Positions 46,666 through 59,028 of a stretch of 64,000 bases of DNA are shown in pieces. The DNA lies in the NCBI RefSeq assembly GCF_006345805.1, contig NC_043006.1:45508001-45572000 (forward strand), read 5' to 3'. The translations under genes and the position numbers were made by a program. How positions within the stretch are numbered: position 1 is the first letter of the stretch; each line of letters begins with the position of its first letter. The notes under the pieces are model-generated. The model worked only from the letters and a program-made list of their open reading frames with translations, ran no database searches and was not told the origin of the DNA. This DNA is from Octopus sinensis. Lineage: Eukaryota.

Positions 46666-47014
46666 AAGGTGCATGGCTCAGTAGTTAGAGCGTTGAGCTT
46701 ATATGATCGTGAGGTTGTGAGTTTGATTCCTGGACTGGACTGTGTGTTGTATTCTTGAGCAAGAGACTTTATTTTACATTGCTCCAGTACTTTATTTCAC
46801 ATTGCTCCAGTACTTTATTTCACATTGCTCCAGTACTTTATTTCAAATTGCTCCAGTACTTTATTTTGTCAACCCCAAAGTGATGAAATGAGTTGTGATG
46901 TCACTTGTGCCAAGTAGTTTTGGCCTTTGCTTTTCCCTTGGGTAACATCGGTGGCATGGAGAGAGGAGGTGTCTAGGAGGGGAACTTTCTAGGTGCAATC
47001 CTATGGTCTTTATG
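46666..47014 (+). mobile_element. SINE family C with a 23-bp tandem amplification (46766-46867)
   Basis: (ACTTTATTTCACATTGCTCCAGT) about 4.4 times. Confidence 0.85.
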
Positions 47015-48073
47015 TTTTACGATAGTACATAGTAAATCTTCTGAATTATAGCTAAGAGAAAAGTAGTGTTTTTTTTTGTGTGTGAATTTCATTAGAACTT
47101 TGTAGTCTTAACAATCACCTAATCATACAACTAACCAGCATGTATAATTATTCCAGTTTTGATATTTTTGCAAGAATCTTGAGCAATTTTGACTCTAATT
47201 AAAAACAAAGTCAGTATGAAGATCCTGGTTTTTATTCCAATTCATTGGATGAACTGGATTTTATCCCTGATATTTTGATTTTAATCATATTCTATAAAGT
47301 GTTTTGCAGGAACCTGTGATTTGTCAGACTTATTATTATGTGTCTGGTGCAGGGACAACTGACAGTATAGACTTCCCAGTTATCAAGCTGAAATTGGATA
47401 TTTTCAGTGTATATATATATATATTGCAGAAGGGCTCATTTTTCCCTAAAACATCATCAGCCCTTTAGTTTTAAAGTATTTTAATGATAGAAAAACAATG
47501 AAAATATAATAAAAATGTTGTTTTACACAACTGAAATTCTTCATCTCATTTTTATTTCAATTTGTTTTGCCCTTTTATCCAAGTATGTTCTTGTGTTCCA
47601 ATTGTAAATTGATCTGAGTCATGTAAAAAAAAAATATGGTTATTTTAATTCTAGTTTTCATTGAATTGAATTTTAATTTCAGCTCCTTTAAAATAAAAAG
47701 ATTTTCCTTGTGGTCCCATTTTCCTTTTAGTCATCAACAGTTTGATCTTTACTTTTCTTTTCAATAATTGTTTTAACTTTTCAGCTACCAAAAATAAAAT
47801 ATGCCGTCTGGATGGGTTATGGCTTGTCTTTTATAAATGACAGTTTTAGGGTGTCTTTTGGATTTCACTGATGTTAATGCTAAATGTTGAAAGCAATGCT
47901 ATAGAAATTGTTTTATACATTTATCTATTTATATATTTATTTGTGAGCTCTGTATGTATAAAGATTTTAGAAGTATAATACTGTGTGTGTGTATGTGTGC
48001 GTGTGCGTGTGTGTGTGTGTGTGTGCGTGCATGCGTGTGTGTGTGTGTGTGTGTGCGTGTGCGTGTTATTATT

Positions 48074-48504
48074 CGAGCTGGTACGACAGGCAAAATGCTT
48101 AGCAACGTTTCATCCGTCTTTAGGTTTTGAGTTCAAATTCTGCCAAGGTCAACTTTGCTTTTCATCCTTTTGGGGTTGATAAATTAAGTACCAGTAAAAC
48201 ACTGGGGTCAATGTAATTGACTAGTCCCCTGCTCCCAAATTTCTGGCTTAGTGCCTTTAATAGAAAGAATTATTGTTATTATTATTATTATTTGGTGAGT
48301 TGGCAGAACCATTAAGCATAACAGGCAAAATGATAAGTGGCATTTCATCTGTCTTTACGTTCTAAGTTCAAATTCCACCGAGGTCAACTTTGACTTTCAT
48401 CCTCTAGGGGTCGATAAATTAAGTACCAGTGAAACACTAGGGTCAATGTAATCGACTAGTCCCCTGCCTTCAAATTTCAGGCCTTGTGTCTTTAGTAGAA
48501 AAGC
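48074..48504 (+). mobile_element. Two tandem SINE B copies separated by (ATT)n
   Basis: 48074-48270 and 48294-48504. Confidence 0.85.
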
Positions 48505-48802
48505 TTATTATTGTTGTTGTTGCAGTTGTATTTTCATGACATTGACAAGAATATCTGAAAATAATCACTTGATGCAGACAATTTAGAGAAACACAGACTT
48601 GCTATGAAATGAATTATCAGTACAAATAAATAAACACTATTTATTACATGTATCAAGTACTTTTTCTCCTATTTGGATACACCCATGTGACTGTCTTGCA
48701 TTTAAAATCTTATTGCCATGAAGCACTTTGACAAAAGCGAGAAAAACTTCAAATGACTGTGTAAGTAGTAGCAGGCATATTGGTGTTGACTAACTAGTAA
48801 CT

Positions 48803-49015
48803 TTTCTACTCTAGGCACAAGGCCTGAAATTTTGGGGGAGGGGACCAGTCGATTAGATCGACCCCAATATGCAACTGGTTCTTAATTTATTGACCCAGAA
48901 AGGACGAAAGACAAAGTTGACCTTGGCGGAATTTGAACTCAGAACACAAAGACAGACGAAATACTGCTAAGCATTTCGCCCAGCGTGCTAACACTTCTAC
49001 CAGCTCTCTGCCTTA
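48803..49015 (-). mobile_element. SINE family B with 14-bp TSD
   Basis: ACTAACTAGTAACT at 48789-48802 and 49019-49032. Confidence 0.9.
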
Positions 49016-49039
49016 TTAACTAACTAGTAACTGTCATAC

Positions 49040-49254
49040 GGTGAGCTTGGCAGAAACATTAGCACGCCGAGCGAAATGCTTAGTGGTATTTCGTCTGCTG
49101 CTACGTTCTGAGTTCAAATTCCGCCGAGGTCGACTTTGCCTTTTGTCCTTTCGGGGTCGATTAAATAAGTACCAGTCACGTTTGTCTGTCCTTGTTTGTC
49201 CTCTCTGTGTGTAGCCCCTTGTGGGCAGTAAAGAAATTAAAAAAAAAAGAAATA
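49040..49254 (+). mobile_element. SINE family B with 14-bp TSD
   Basis: AGTAACTGTCATAC at 49026-49039 and 49255-49268. Confidence 0.9.
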
Positions 49255-50129
49255 AGTAACTGTCATACCAACTGTCACATTCTTGCTTGCCTGCATGCAA
49301 GGATTCATCAAGCACCATTGCCAAACTGACGAACGGTTGGCTGATATACTTGTGAGTCTGAGCTCAAATCTTGGCCAAGGTGTACTGAACTAGATGTAAC
49401 AATAAAGCATCTGAGACATTCCTATTAAACTGCATGTATGACTTTATATAAGTTCAAGTATAGTAATCTGCTAAATGACCTTTCTTAATCTCTAAATGAT
49501 AGCTAGCTTTTTGCATGTACAGCTGATATTTGGAATCTAGTTCATACTGTGTATGTCTTTTCATTGGCTCATTGCTTTCACAATTCACCGTATATGCTCC
49601 TTAATTCTTTGGTTACTATTTTTCTGTTGAAATACTCTCCCTTTGTTTCAAATAATTTTGACAATAATTAAAAATTTAGTAAAATAAATTTGTCCTTATT
49701 AAGCTGGTGTTTGAAAAAATAAATCAATATGAACTTGAACAACAGTTTTTTATCTACATCACTTTAACACTGTGTATACCATAGACACATATAAGCATCT
49801 CTTATCTATAGTTATGGAATCCCATAAGGACAGTTAAAAGAAGCATGTAAACATTTTTAGGATTTCACTACATAGTGAGTAGGGCACATAAGAGAATCTC
49901 TGGGATTTTTTAGCTGTCTGTGAGCAACACATATATTCTCCATTGGGGCTTCACTGCTATAGATAAGAGATACTTCTCTATGTCTGCGGTATTAAAATAA
50001 AAAGTTTGTATCATAGAACCAGAGTTGTCTTAGGTGGTTTGGTATCAAAAGGGTTGAACAGTTTTCATATGTTTCAATTGTTTTCCTCTTTCTAGAAACT
50101 ACTATAAGCTGTGTTTCTTCATTTATTAC

Positions 50130-50732
50130 CAGTGGTTCTTAACTGGCTTCACATGTGTCCTGGAGGTCCATATAAGATTTGGTGGGGAAGGTCTATGCAA
50201 GCAAAATAGCAAATTGAGGATGCTCAGTAGTATATTTAGGGTCCGTGAAAAAATTTTGATTTAGGTATATTTATTGCATGAAACTGCTAAATCTCTTTCT
50301 CAAACAGTTCACAGAATTTAACCGAGATAAATTATTCTGTAGTGTCTGGGGAGAGTCATTTTCCTTTTGTGCCTTATAATTTAACACACACACCGGTAAA
50401 ATTTCCACTTATTTCTTATTTTTATTTTCCTAAAATTTTCGTTGCTTCTTGCAACCTTTTCAATAGTGAGTGTGTTAAATTATAAGGCACAAAAAGAAAA
50501 TGAATCTCCCTAGACACAACAGAATATGCTTCAACACACGAACTCATATAAAGAATCTTGCAAACCAGATCCAAAAACAAAATTATTCTGTGAAAAACAA
50601 AATAGGAATTTTGAAAGAAGTATTTATTAAACTAGATTTTGGACACTGAATAGCCGTGGGGGGGGGGGGGGCTCACCAAAATAAAATAGTAATCAAAGGG
50701 GTCTATAGATAAAAAATGGTTGAGAACCACCG
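50130..50732. mobile_element. hAT-type MITE interrupted by a fold-back element
   Basis: CAGTGGTTCTTAAC...GTTGAGAACCACCG termini; no clear 8-bp TSD. Confidence 0.65.
50329..50591 (-). mobile_element. Fold-back repeat with 12-bp flanking direct repeat
   Basis: AAATTATTCTGT at 50329-50340 and 50580-50591; inverted arms around a loop holding a hammerhead-like motif. Confidence 0.75.
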
Positions 50733-51871
50733 ATCTATATTATCAGTTTATTTCTTCAGAGTTATTGTATCTGTTGCAGATCTTCTGCGCATATTTTCAT
50801 ACATGGACCCTATTCATTTTGCTTGTGTAAATTTGTGAAGAACTTCCACTTTCACACATAAACATCAACAAGCCCATCACACACATCTCCTTCACATTTA
50901 CACACATTCATATCTCTGCCTTACAAAATTTGCTCTACAATGTTCCTATATCCCATAATTCCTCCACCCTTAACAATCATGTATTGCCTATATAGTATCA
51001 ACCCAATATCAATAGTGATAAATATGTTGATAAATCCACCACACTGCACAGAAACCCTTTGTCCAAACTACCATGCAGTGAGACTGAATCCAGTACCGCA
51101 TGGTTGCTAAACATGCTTCTTAACCACACAGCTATGCCTGTGGTATTTGTTTTGCTCAAGCAAATGCAGGGAATTTGTCTGTATCAAGCAGTTTGTTCAT
51201 TCACTTGTCAGATGGGTTAGACGGGGACTCATTTGATGCAATCATTTATGGTTGGATGCTCTTCCTGTCACTAACTCTTACCTGTTTTTCAAGTAAGAAA
51301 ATTTTAAAGATTCCACTGGTCTTTAAAAGTGCAGGCTGATGGGCCATAATGTAAACAAGGAATGTAAACATCATATCACTGATTCCCTCAGAGAATGACA
51401 AGTGAAGCTGTGGAATATCAACATTCAAGGCATTGATTGGCCCTGGGCTATAGTAGTAAATGCTTGTCCAAGGTACCACAGAGAATTGGACCTAAAATCA
51501 TGTGTTTGCAAAGGTGGACATGTCTGCACTGACCATATTTGATGGCATATAGAATGCATTTTTTCCCCCTAAAAGTATATCAGGACCCCCCCCCCAGTCC
51601 TGTGTGCAGAGTTGGGTCTCTATTATATGTGCTACTAAAATATGGGTGCATCTAATATGCCTAGACATTTTTTATGCTATCAAATATGGTTTAAACAATA
51701 TCTGAAGGAAGGCAACAGGAAATCGACTTCGTATTCTTCCATAAAACTTTTAAAAATCCAAGTATCATATGCTTATTTTGGATGCTGCCAGAGGTTGTTT
51801 GTCAACCTGTTTCCTTTCTGTCCTTGTATATGATCCAGTATATTACTGGTATTCATTTTTTACTTTTTCAA

Positions 51872-52210
51872 CTCTGGTTCAGTCCCACTGCGTGGCACCT
51901 TGGGCAAGTGTTTTCTACTACAGCCTTGGGCTGAACAAAGCACCGTGAATGGATTTGGCAGACAGAAACTGAAAGAAGCCTGTTGTGTATATGTGTGTGT
52001 ATGTCTTTGTGTCTGTTTGTCCTTCACCACTGCTTGACAACCGGTGTTGGTATGTTTATGTCTTTATAACTTAACGGTTCGTCAAAAGTGACTGATAGAA
52101 TAAGTACCAGGGTTGGCAAGATATTAAGTCTGGGGTCAATTCATTCGACTACAAATTCTTCAAGGTGATGCCCCAACATGGCCACGGTCAAATGACTAAA
52201 ACAAGTAAAA
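51872..52210 (+). mobile_element. SINE family A, 5'-truncated
   Basis: GGTTCAGTCCCACTGCGTGGCACCTTGGGCAAG...AAACAAGTAAAA. Confidence 0.85.
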
Positions 52211-52729
52211 AAAAAGAAATAAGAAGGTAAAAGGTACATTTGATGAAAGTAAAGTTTGCTTTCAAGGAATTTGAACCCAGAAGCGACAAGATTAAACATG
52301 ACAGACTGTATAGTCTGGCAGTCAACTATTTTGGTTACTGCTGCCTCTTTCCGTAAATAAAAATAATAAAGAAAATATGCTAAATTGTGTGTGTCAGCTG
52401 TGTTTTTCCCCCCTAATTAACAGCTATAGTCCAGCATTGAAATAACCTTGTTATTTTAACTAATTAAAGCACTAAAGAATTTTGTACACAGATTGAAATC
52501 TATTTTGAAAACATTCACACCACCCTCTACATTAAAAGGGCTCACTTTGAGCCTACAGGTGTATGTAATCAGAACTTATCCAGATTTTCCATGTTTTTAA
52601 TCTTTTTGGTGTCATCCTGCCTGACACTGCCTCTGGTTCTGTGACACAAACATCCTGTTTTAAAGTGATTCATATTAAAGACCTTCTATCAAAAATTCAT
52701 GTGAATTCATATTCCAGATTAATTTAATA

Positions 52730-53036
52730 ATATCGACAAAGTTATTTTACTATATTCGTTATACACCGAAAAATGGCAACCCTTAGTTAAAAAATTGTAA
52801 AAAATAGGGATTTTCATAGAAAAAAAGCACATTTCTCATGTAAATAATTTTTGGTCTTAACATGGTCCGATTTTAATTTTTTCTTCTATGGAATGAAGAA
52901 GCAAGCCTTCTTCTATCATACTCTCAATTTTGGTCAACTTGCGCCGCTGAGTCTTGGAGGAGATAGTGTTAGTTGAAGGCTATCAAACCTGCCCTCCCCC
53001 CACACACACAAAGACAACTTCAGCTTTATTTATATA
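52730..53036 (+). mobile_element. Probable non-autonomous transposon, possibly Helitron-related
   Basis: AATTTTGGTCAACTTGCGCCG...GGAGATAGT...(CA)n...CAGCTTTATTTATATA layout; class assignment weak. Confidence 0.35.
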
Positions 53037-53074
53037 AAATGGTAAGAGAAGAATGAGCCAAGTGAGAGTATAAG

Positions 53075-53275
53075 ACTGCTTCCTGAGTGGGATGTCATCC
53101 ATCGCAGGGTCCCTCCCCTCCCCGGCTACCATTGGTACTCAGTTTTAACTGATTGTTGCAGTATGAAATGAAGTGCTTTGCTCAAAGACATAGTGCATCA
53201 CCCACTCGATGAATCAAACATACAATCTAGCAGTTGTGTACCCAATACTCTAACCTCTCGGTCATGTGACTTCAT
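53075..53275 (-). mobile_element. SINE family C/F-type, degenerate
   Basis: GTCATCCATCGCAGG and GAAATGAAGTGCTTTGCTCAA. Confidence 0.6.
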
Positions 53276-53929
53276 ACTCTCTGCATTGTTGATTACAAAA
53301 TATACAGATATAGATATTTCTGTCTATTTTAAATAGACTTTTATTAACTCTTTAAATTATCCTCATTATGTTGTACTTGTTTAGATTATTTTAAAATCTT
53401 AAAGGAATTAGTTTAGTTAAATGCATTTTAAAAAATTTCAGTTATAATAATGTTTCATGTGGATTTTTTTGCCATATGAAAATTTATACAAAAATTGATT
53501 TTTCTTTGAACTAGGCTTAAAGCCAACCTTTGTAGCAGTGTGGTATATAATCAATTAAATTAGTATACCACTTAGGCTATTGACTCCAGAGTCAGTCTGG
53601 GAAAGGATTTGAACTCTAAACAAGACACTAAAAACATTTGTTTTATGACTTTACTGTTGTATTTACGCAATAGTTTCATTTATGTCTGATAGGTAGATAC
53701 AATCTTATAGAACTAAGATTCAATGAAGAATAATAATTAAAAAAATGGTGGGGGGTATGAGTGATGCAGTAGTGCAATTTTTTTTAACATATCTGAGAAT
53801 TAAAATTATAAGAAATCTAGACAAAAAAAATCGTATTTTATTTATTGCTTTCTATGTTGCCAAGATTTAATTTCTTATTTTAGGTTCTATCCTATAGTAT
53901 TTTGCACAACTTTTTTCAGTAATTCTTTT

Positions 53930-54126
53930 CTGACCACATTTCTGTTAAGTTACCCTGTCTTTGTCTCAATTAATTTTGACCAATAATAAAGAATTCAGTA
54001 AAATAGGTTTGTCATGCTGGTGTTTGGAGTGTAAACATGATGTTTTGATGGGTGGTTTTATAATTAAAATTACTTTAAAACATAAATTTGGACCAAGGAC
54101 AGTCAGGTTAGCATCAAAAGGGTTAA
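53930..54126 (+). mobile_element. piggyBac-type MITE, third family (related fragments near 49600-50058 and 56469-56620)
   Basis: Ends ATCAAAAGGGTTAA; interior ATTTCTGTT...AATTTTGA...GAATT(T/C)AGT shared across copies. Confidence 0.6.
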
Positions 54127-54899
54127 AGCCTTTAAATAGCAATTTGTCACACATCCAGTTGTTGGGTTAAAATTCCTACCCTAGAATCTAACTTATTCGT
54201 AGCATGTAGTGTCAGCTAAGCCTTATACTTATTAATAAGATAATACAGGCTGTGATGAGCTACAAATCCTGACTAGTGGTTCTAGACACTTCATATAATT
54301 GATCACTGTGGTTCCTTTACCTTATGACATACACACTTCAAATGGAAGATTTTTCAACTCAATCCAATAATACTCTTTGGGCGTCAAGCCTATTCTCTTT
54401 CTCAGTATTTTGAAATGCTGCATTGCCAAAATAATAAATATCTGGAGCTGAGCCAATATACCATGTTTGATACACTCAATGATTTCAATACAAAAGAACT
54501 GATTAGTATATTAAGTAGATTTTTAATTATTTTCTTAACTGTTCTGTTGAGTACTAAAATGTTTCTTTTTATATTTTTGCCTCTTTATTATAATAAAATC
54601 TCACATAGCGTTCTCATCTACAGGAACTAAACATTCTTCTATGTTGGGATGGATTAATTAATTTTGGTTGTAACATAAATGGTAAACTGAAGAAGCAGAA
54701 GCATAAATATAAAATGTTTGGACAAAGATCAATACCTTGTAAATATGACAAAGGATGAAAATTGTGTTTTGTGTCTGAATTTTAGGAGTTGTGTCCCTTT
54801 GTATGGTAACCTGTAAACTAGATTTGTCAGACTTTAAAATGCCAAAACAAAATGTGAAGATATCGCAATAGCGACTGATGTATACGTATCCGCATAAGT

Positions 54900-55101
54900 G
54901 TGCTTGTGTGGGTGGGTGATGTGTATGCATGTATGTGTGTGAATATATATATATGTGTGAATAATATGTATATGTGAATATATGTATGTGTGAATATATG
55001 TATATGTAAATATATGTACATGTGTGTATTTTCAATATATGTTTGTCTGTGTGTGTGTGTGTACCAACACAATATTGGCAGAACGGGACAAATTCCCTTA
55101 A

Positions 55102-55139
<38 letters not shown>

Positions 55140-55160
55140 CTCTCTCTCTCTCTCTCTCTC
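54900..55160. repeat. Compound TG/TA/CA/CT microsatellite
   Basis: Direct inspection. Confidence 0.85.
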
Positions 55161-56160
55161 AAAAATTTTGTTTCGTTTACTGTCATTGAATTAATAGTTG
55201 TGTTTTTAGAAAATAAAAGTCTTTCAATTTTATTTTACTGATAAAGTAAAAAAAAAAACAAAAAAAACAACATATTCCTCTTTCTTTTGAACTACACAGT
55301 TTCTACGGTGTGAAGTCTATTCAGCATACTTTCTTGATCATCATTCTATGTGTATAGTCAATATAACCCCCCCCCCACCACCACCAAAAAACAAACTAAC
55401 AAACAAAACAAATGAATACATTTATACATATTTGTTCCATTGCTTCTCTTTGTCCCCTTTCTTTCTTTCTCCCCCCTCTCTCTCTCTCAATAATAAAATG
55501 CAAGAAAATAATAAGAATAAATTTTCAAACTGTTATTCTCACCTTCAGTGATGAATGATTTTCATTTTTTAGTATTTATTCAATATTTATATTTACATGA
55601 AGCTCTGGTCAATTTTTCTTTTTTTATTTATTTATTTATTTATTTATTTTATTATCAGTATCTTCGATTGCCATCAGGTATCTTAGTACTGCTTGTGTAC
55701 ATAGTACTGGACTGGATTTGAATGAAGAGCCTTTTTTTTCCTAAATTAAGTGTAATAATGTACTTTATCTATCTACCACGGTCACTGATGCATGAAGTCC
55801 ATTCAATCAACTTGGATTTCTGCAGGTTGATACCTGCATAGAAGTTGTAGACATGCAGTGATGGTAATGGTGGTGGTGGTGGTGGTGGTGGTGATAGTGG
55901 TGGTTGGGGAGGCTGGTTACACCTAGTGATATGCAATTGCATAGAAAGAACTAATGGCTTGAGCTGATGCGTTTGGTGTGGTGGTTTGCAGATGAGACTT
56001 AAGTGGGGGGATGACTATAGGAGTGGGTGAACCAGGAATCGTTGAAATAAGTAATGGTAGAAAAGACAGAGAGGAGATATGATATTACATATTGATATTG
56101 CTAGTAGTTGTTGTGTTTACCAATGAGTCAGATGGCACTTTTCTATGACACTTATTGTGT

Positions 56161-56320
56161 AGTAATAGTGGCGGTGGTGGTAGTGGTGGTGGCGGCAGCG
56201 GTAGTAGTAGTAATAGTGGTGGTGGTAGTAGTAGTGGTGGTAGCGGTAGTGGTAGTAAAAGTGGTGGTGGTGGTAGTGGTAGTAGTAGTAGTATCGATGG
56301 TGGTGGTGGTAGTTGTAGCT
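56161..56320. repeat. (GGT/AGT/GGC)n degenerate trinucleotide repeat
   Basis: Direct inspection. Confidence 0.9.
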
Positions 56321-56639
56321 GCTCCACGAGAGGCAGTAACAGCTAAAATGGATCTCTTTCAGTTTTGGCAGTGATTAATTAATTCTGTTCTTCCAGCAAC
56401 AGGACTAACCTGCTTGTTGCATTAACATGTAAAAGTAAAATGGCTGACCATTCCACTGATGTGAACCCTTAACCCTTTTGTCACCATATTTCTGTTGAAA
56501 GACACTACCTTTATCTTGCTTAATTTTGAAAATAATGAAGAATTTAGTGAAACAAGTTTATCCTTAATTAATCTTCTGTTTGAAACATAAATTGATATGA
56601 AATTTTGATGCAAAGTTATTAATGGAAACCTGTCTGTGT

Positions 56640-56830
56640 GACTGTTTCTGCTTTGGGTGGTATTCTTCATTCGCCATTTTTAACGCCACCGCTTGGTCTT
56701 TGGGTTCTTCCTACAGAGGTCCACTTGTTGTAGACATTTGAACATGGAACATCTCCAGTCTGGATTGCTTCCTCTCTTCCTACTTCCTGTCACAGAAGCC
56801 TTGAAAAGTATCATGGATGCTGTCCCTACA
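56640..56830 (-). pseudogene. Highly decayed RTE-clade LINE 3' end
   Basis: Minus translation MILFKASVTGSRKRG...KRWR resembles RTE ILQGTVxGxRxRGR...RWR. Confidence 0.4.
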
Positions 56831-56864
56831 CTTTTAATTAAGCTGTATGAATTTTTTCTTTAAA

Positions 56865-57020
56865 TAAACCAGTAGGTTTGGTGTTGAGAAGGGCATCCAT
56901 TCATAAGAACCATGCCAAAAGCAAACATTGGGACATGATGTGGTGCTCTGGCTTGCCAGCTCCTGTTGAACCATCCTGTCTATGCCACCATGAAAAATAG
57001 ACATAAAATGATGACAATGA
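56865..57020 (+). mobile_element. Family D repeat
   Basis: GAAGGGCATCCA...AAATGATGAC. Confidence 0.7.
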
Positions 57021-57220
57021 TAATTATAACAAGAAGGATAACAATGAAGAAGAAGAAGAAGAAAAAAAAGAACAATGTAGTAAGTCTGCTTGGTCTCTGA
57101 ATCTTGGGTGGTACCTTATATTGTATCAATTTCAGAATTTATATTTTTGAAAGTATCACCAAAATTAAACCAATTTGGGTGCTAATTTAAAAAGAAATTG
57201 ACTGGCATTTATTGATTCAC

Positions 57221-57435
57221 AGATGGAAACTGAGAGAAGCCCAATGGCACCCGTACTGGTGGCACATAAGAGCACTGATTACACTCTCAGAGTGGTTGGG
57301 TTTAGGAGGGGCATCCACCTGTAGAAAACCATGCCAAATCAAACTGGGGTCTGGTGCAGCCTTTCAACGTGCCAGCCCAGTCAAGCCGTCCAATCTATGC
57401 CAGCATGGACAATGGATGTTAATTGATGATGATGA
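57221..57435 (+). mobile_element. Chimeric SINE: A-head end, linker, D tail
   Basis: GAGAAGCCC-AATGGCACCCGT junction shared with 18412-18666. Confidence 0.75.
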
Positions 57436-57521
57436 GGTCAAGGTGGTCAGGTTTTTAAAATTTAACTCAGTAACTCTATGCAGGGTGCATTTTTTTTTTA
57501 ATATATAAACTTTCTTTTTAA

Positions 57522-57595
57522 ACCTTGGGCAACTGTAGCCTTGGGCTGACCAAAGCCTTGTGAGTGGATTTGGTAGACAGAAACTGAAAGAAGTC

Positions 57596-57651
<56 letters not shown>

Positions 57652-57857
57652 TGTGTGTCTATGTTTGTCCCCTCACCATTACTTGACAACCAATGTTGAT
57701 GTGTTCATGTCCCCATAACTTAGCGGTTCAGCAAAAGAGACCGATAGAATAAGTACTAGGCTTACAAAGAATAAGTACTGGGGTCGATTTGTTTGACTAA
57801 AGGTGGTGCTCCAGCATGGCCACAGTCAAATGACAAACAAATAAAAGAATAAAAGAA
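57522..57857 (+). mobile_element. SINE family A, 5'-truncated
   Basis: Matches the family A consensus. Confidence 0.85.
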
Positions 57858-58261
57858 AACAATAATATTCACCATTAACATACTAAGAGTTAAAATGGCC
57901 ACATGGTTATTTTATCAAGACTTCTTCCTACAGGTAATGAATTTGCATCTTCTCTATAGATGGGTCACTGCAGTTGACCAGCATCCAATTCAGATGTGAA
58001 TGTTGTAACCTCAGTCTCTTATCTTATGGAAACTGGGTTAAACTGTGGTCTTATTAGCTCTTGGATTCATGACAGACCTACATCAAGATGGGTTAGAATA
58101 TTATCATTTATCTTTTACTTCACTCATTGGACTTCTGCCATACTGGAGCACCACCTTCAAGGGTCTTTTTAGTCAAAATGATTGATCCCAGTCCGTTTTT
58201 GATGAACTGCTAGGTGATGGAGGCATAAAGAAACCAATTCTAATTGTCAAGCTGTACTAGT

Positions 58262-58790
58262 AGTAAGCTGTGTTGTGCTCTTGAGCAAGACACTTTATTT
58301 CTCGTTGCTCCAGTTCACTCAGCTGTAGAAATGAGCTGCAGTATCACTGGTGCCATGTTGTATCAGCCTTTGCTTTTCCCTTTGATAATGTCAGTGATGT
58401 GGACAGGGGAGGCTGGTATGCATGAGAGACTGCCGGTCTTCCGAAAACAACTGTATTTCTTTATTGCCCACAAGGGACTAAACATAGAGGGGACAAACAA
58501 GGACAAACAAAGGGATAAAGTTGATTACATCGACCCCAGTGCGTAACTGGTACTTAATTTATCGACCCCGAAAGGATGAAAGGCAAAGTCGACCTTGGCG
58601 GAATTTGAACTCAGAACTTAATGGCAGACGAAATACTGCTAAGCATTTCGCCCCGTGTTCTTACGTTTCTGCCAGCTCACCACCTTAAAACAACCTTCCA
58701 AAAACAACCTTGCTCGGACTTGTGCCTCGGAAGGGAACTTTCTAGGTGCAATCCCATGGTCATTTATGACCAAAGGGGGGTTTTTACTTT
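58262..58790 (+). mobile_element. SINE family C interrupted by SINE B (58452-58686, minus)
   Basis: TSD CTTCC(G/A)AAAACAAC at 58438-58451 and 58695-58708. Confidence 0.85.
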
Positions 58791-58800
58791 TACTTTTCAG

Positions 58801-58833
58801 TGGGGAATAAACAAACACAAACACAAAGATGTG

Positions 58834-58868
<35 letters not shown>

Positions 58869-59028
58869 ACAATGGGCTTCCACACAATTTCCATCTACCA
58901 AACCCACTCACAAGGTATTGGTCAGTCTGAGGCTATAATAGTAGAAGACTCTTGCCCAGGGTGAGACTAAACTTGAAACCACGTGGTTGCAAAGTAAGTT
59001 TCTTAACCACACAGCCATATCTGTACCT
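58801..59028 (-). mobile_element. SINE family A head with (CA)n
   Basis: TTTCCATCTACCAAACCCACTCACAAGG...AACCACACAGCCAT. Confidence 0.75.

Noticed and set aside
46766-46867. CRISPR-like appearance of short direct repeats (also 15831-15910 and 41609-41935)
   Set aside because: Head-to-tail units without unique spacers, in eukaryotic DNA with no cas genes.
56085-56374. Gly/Ser-, Val- and Pro-rich ORFs in three frames
   Set aside because: Translations of a (GGT/AGT)n microsatellite; openness in several frames is expected and no convincing splice signals flank it.
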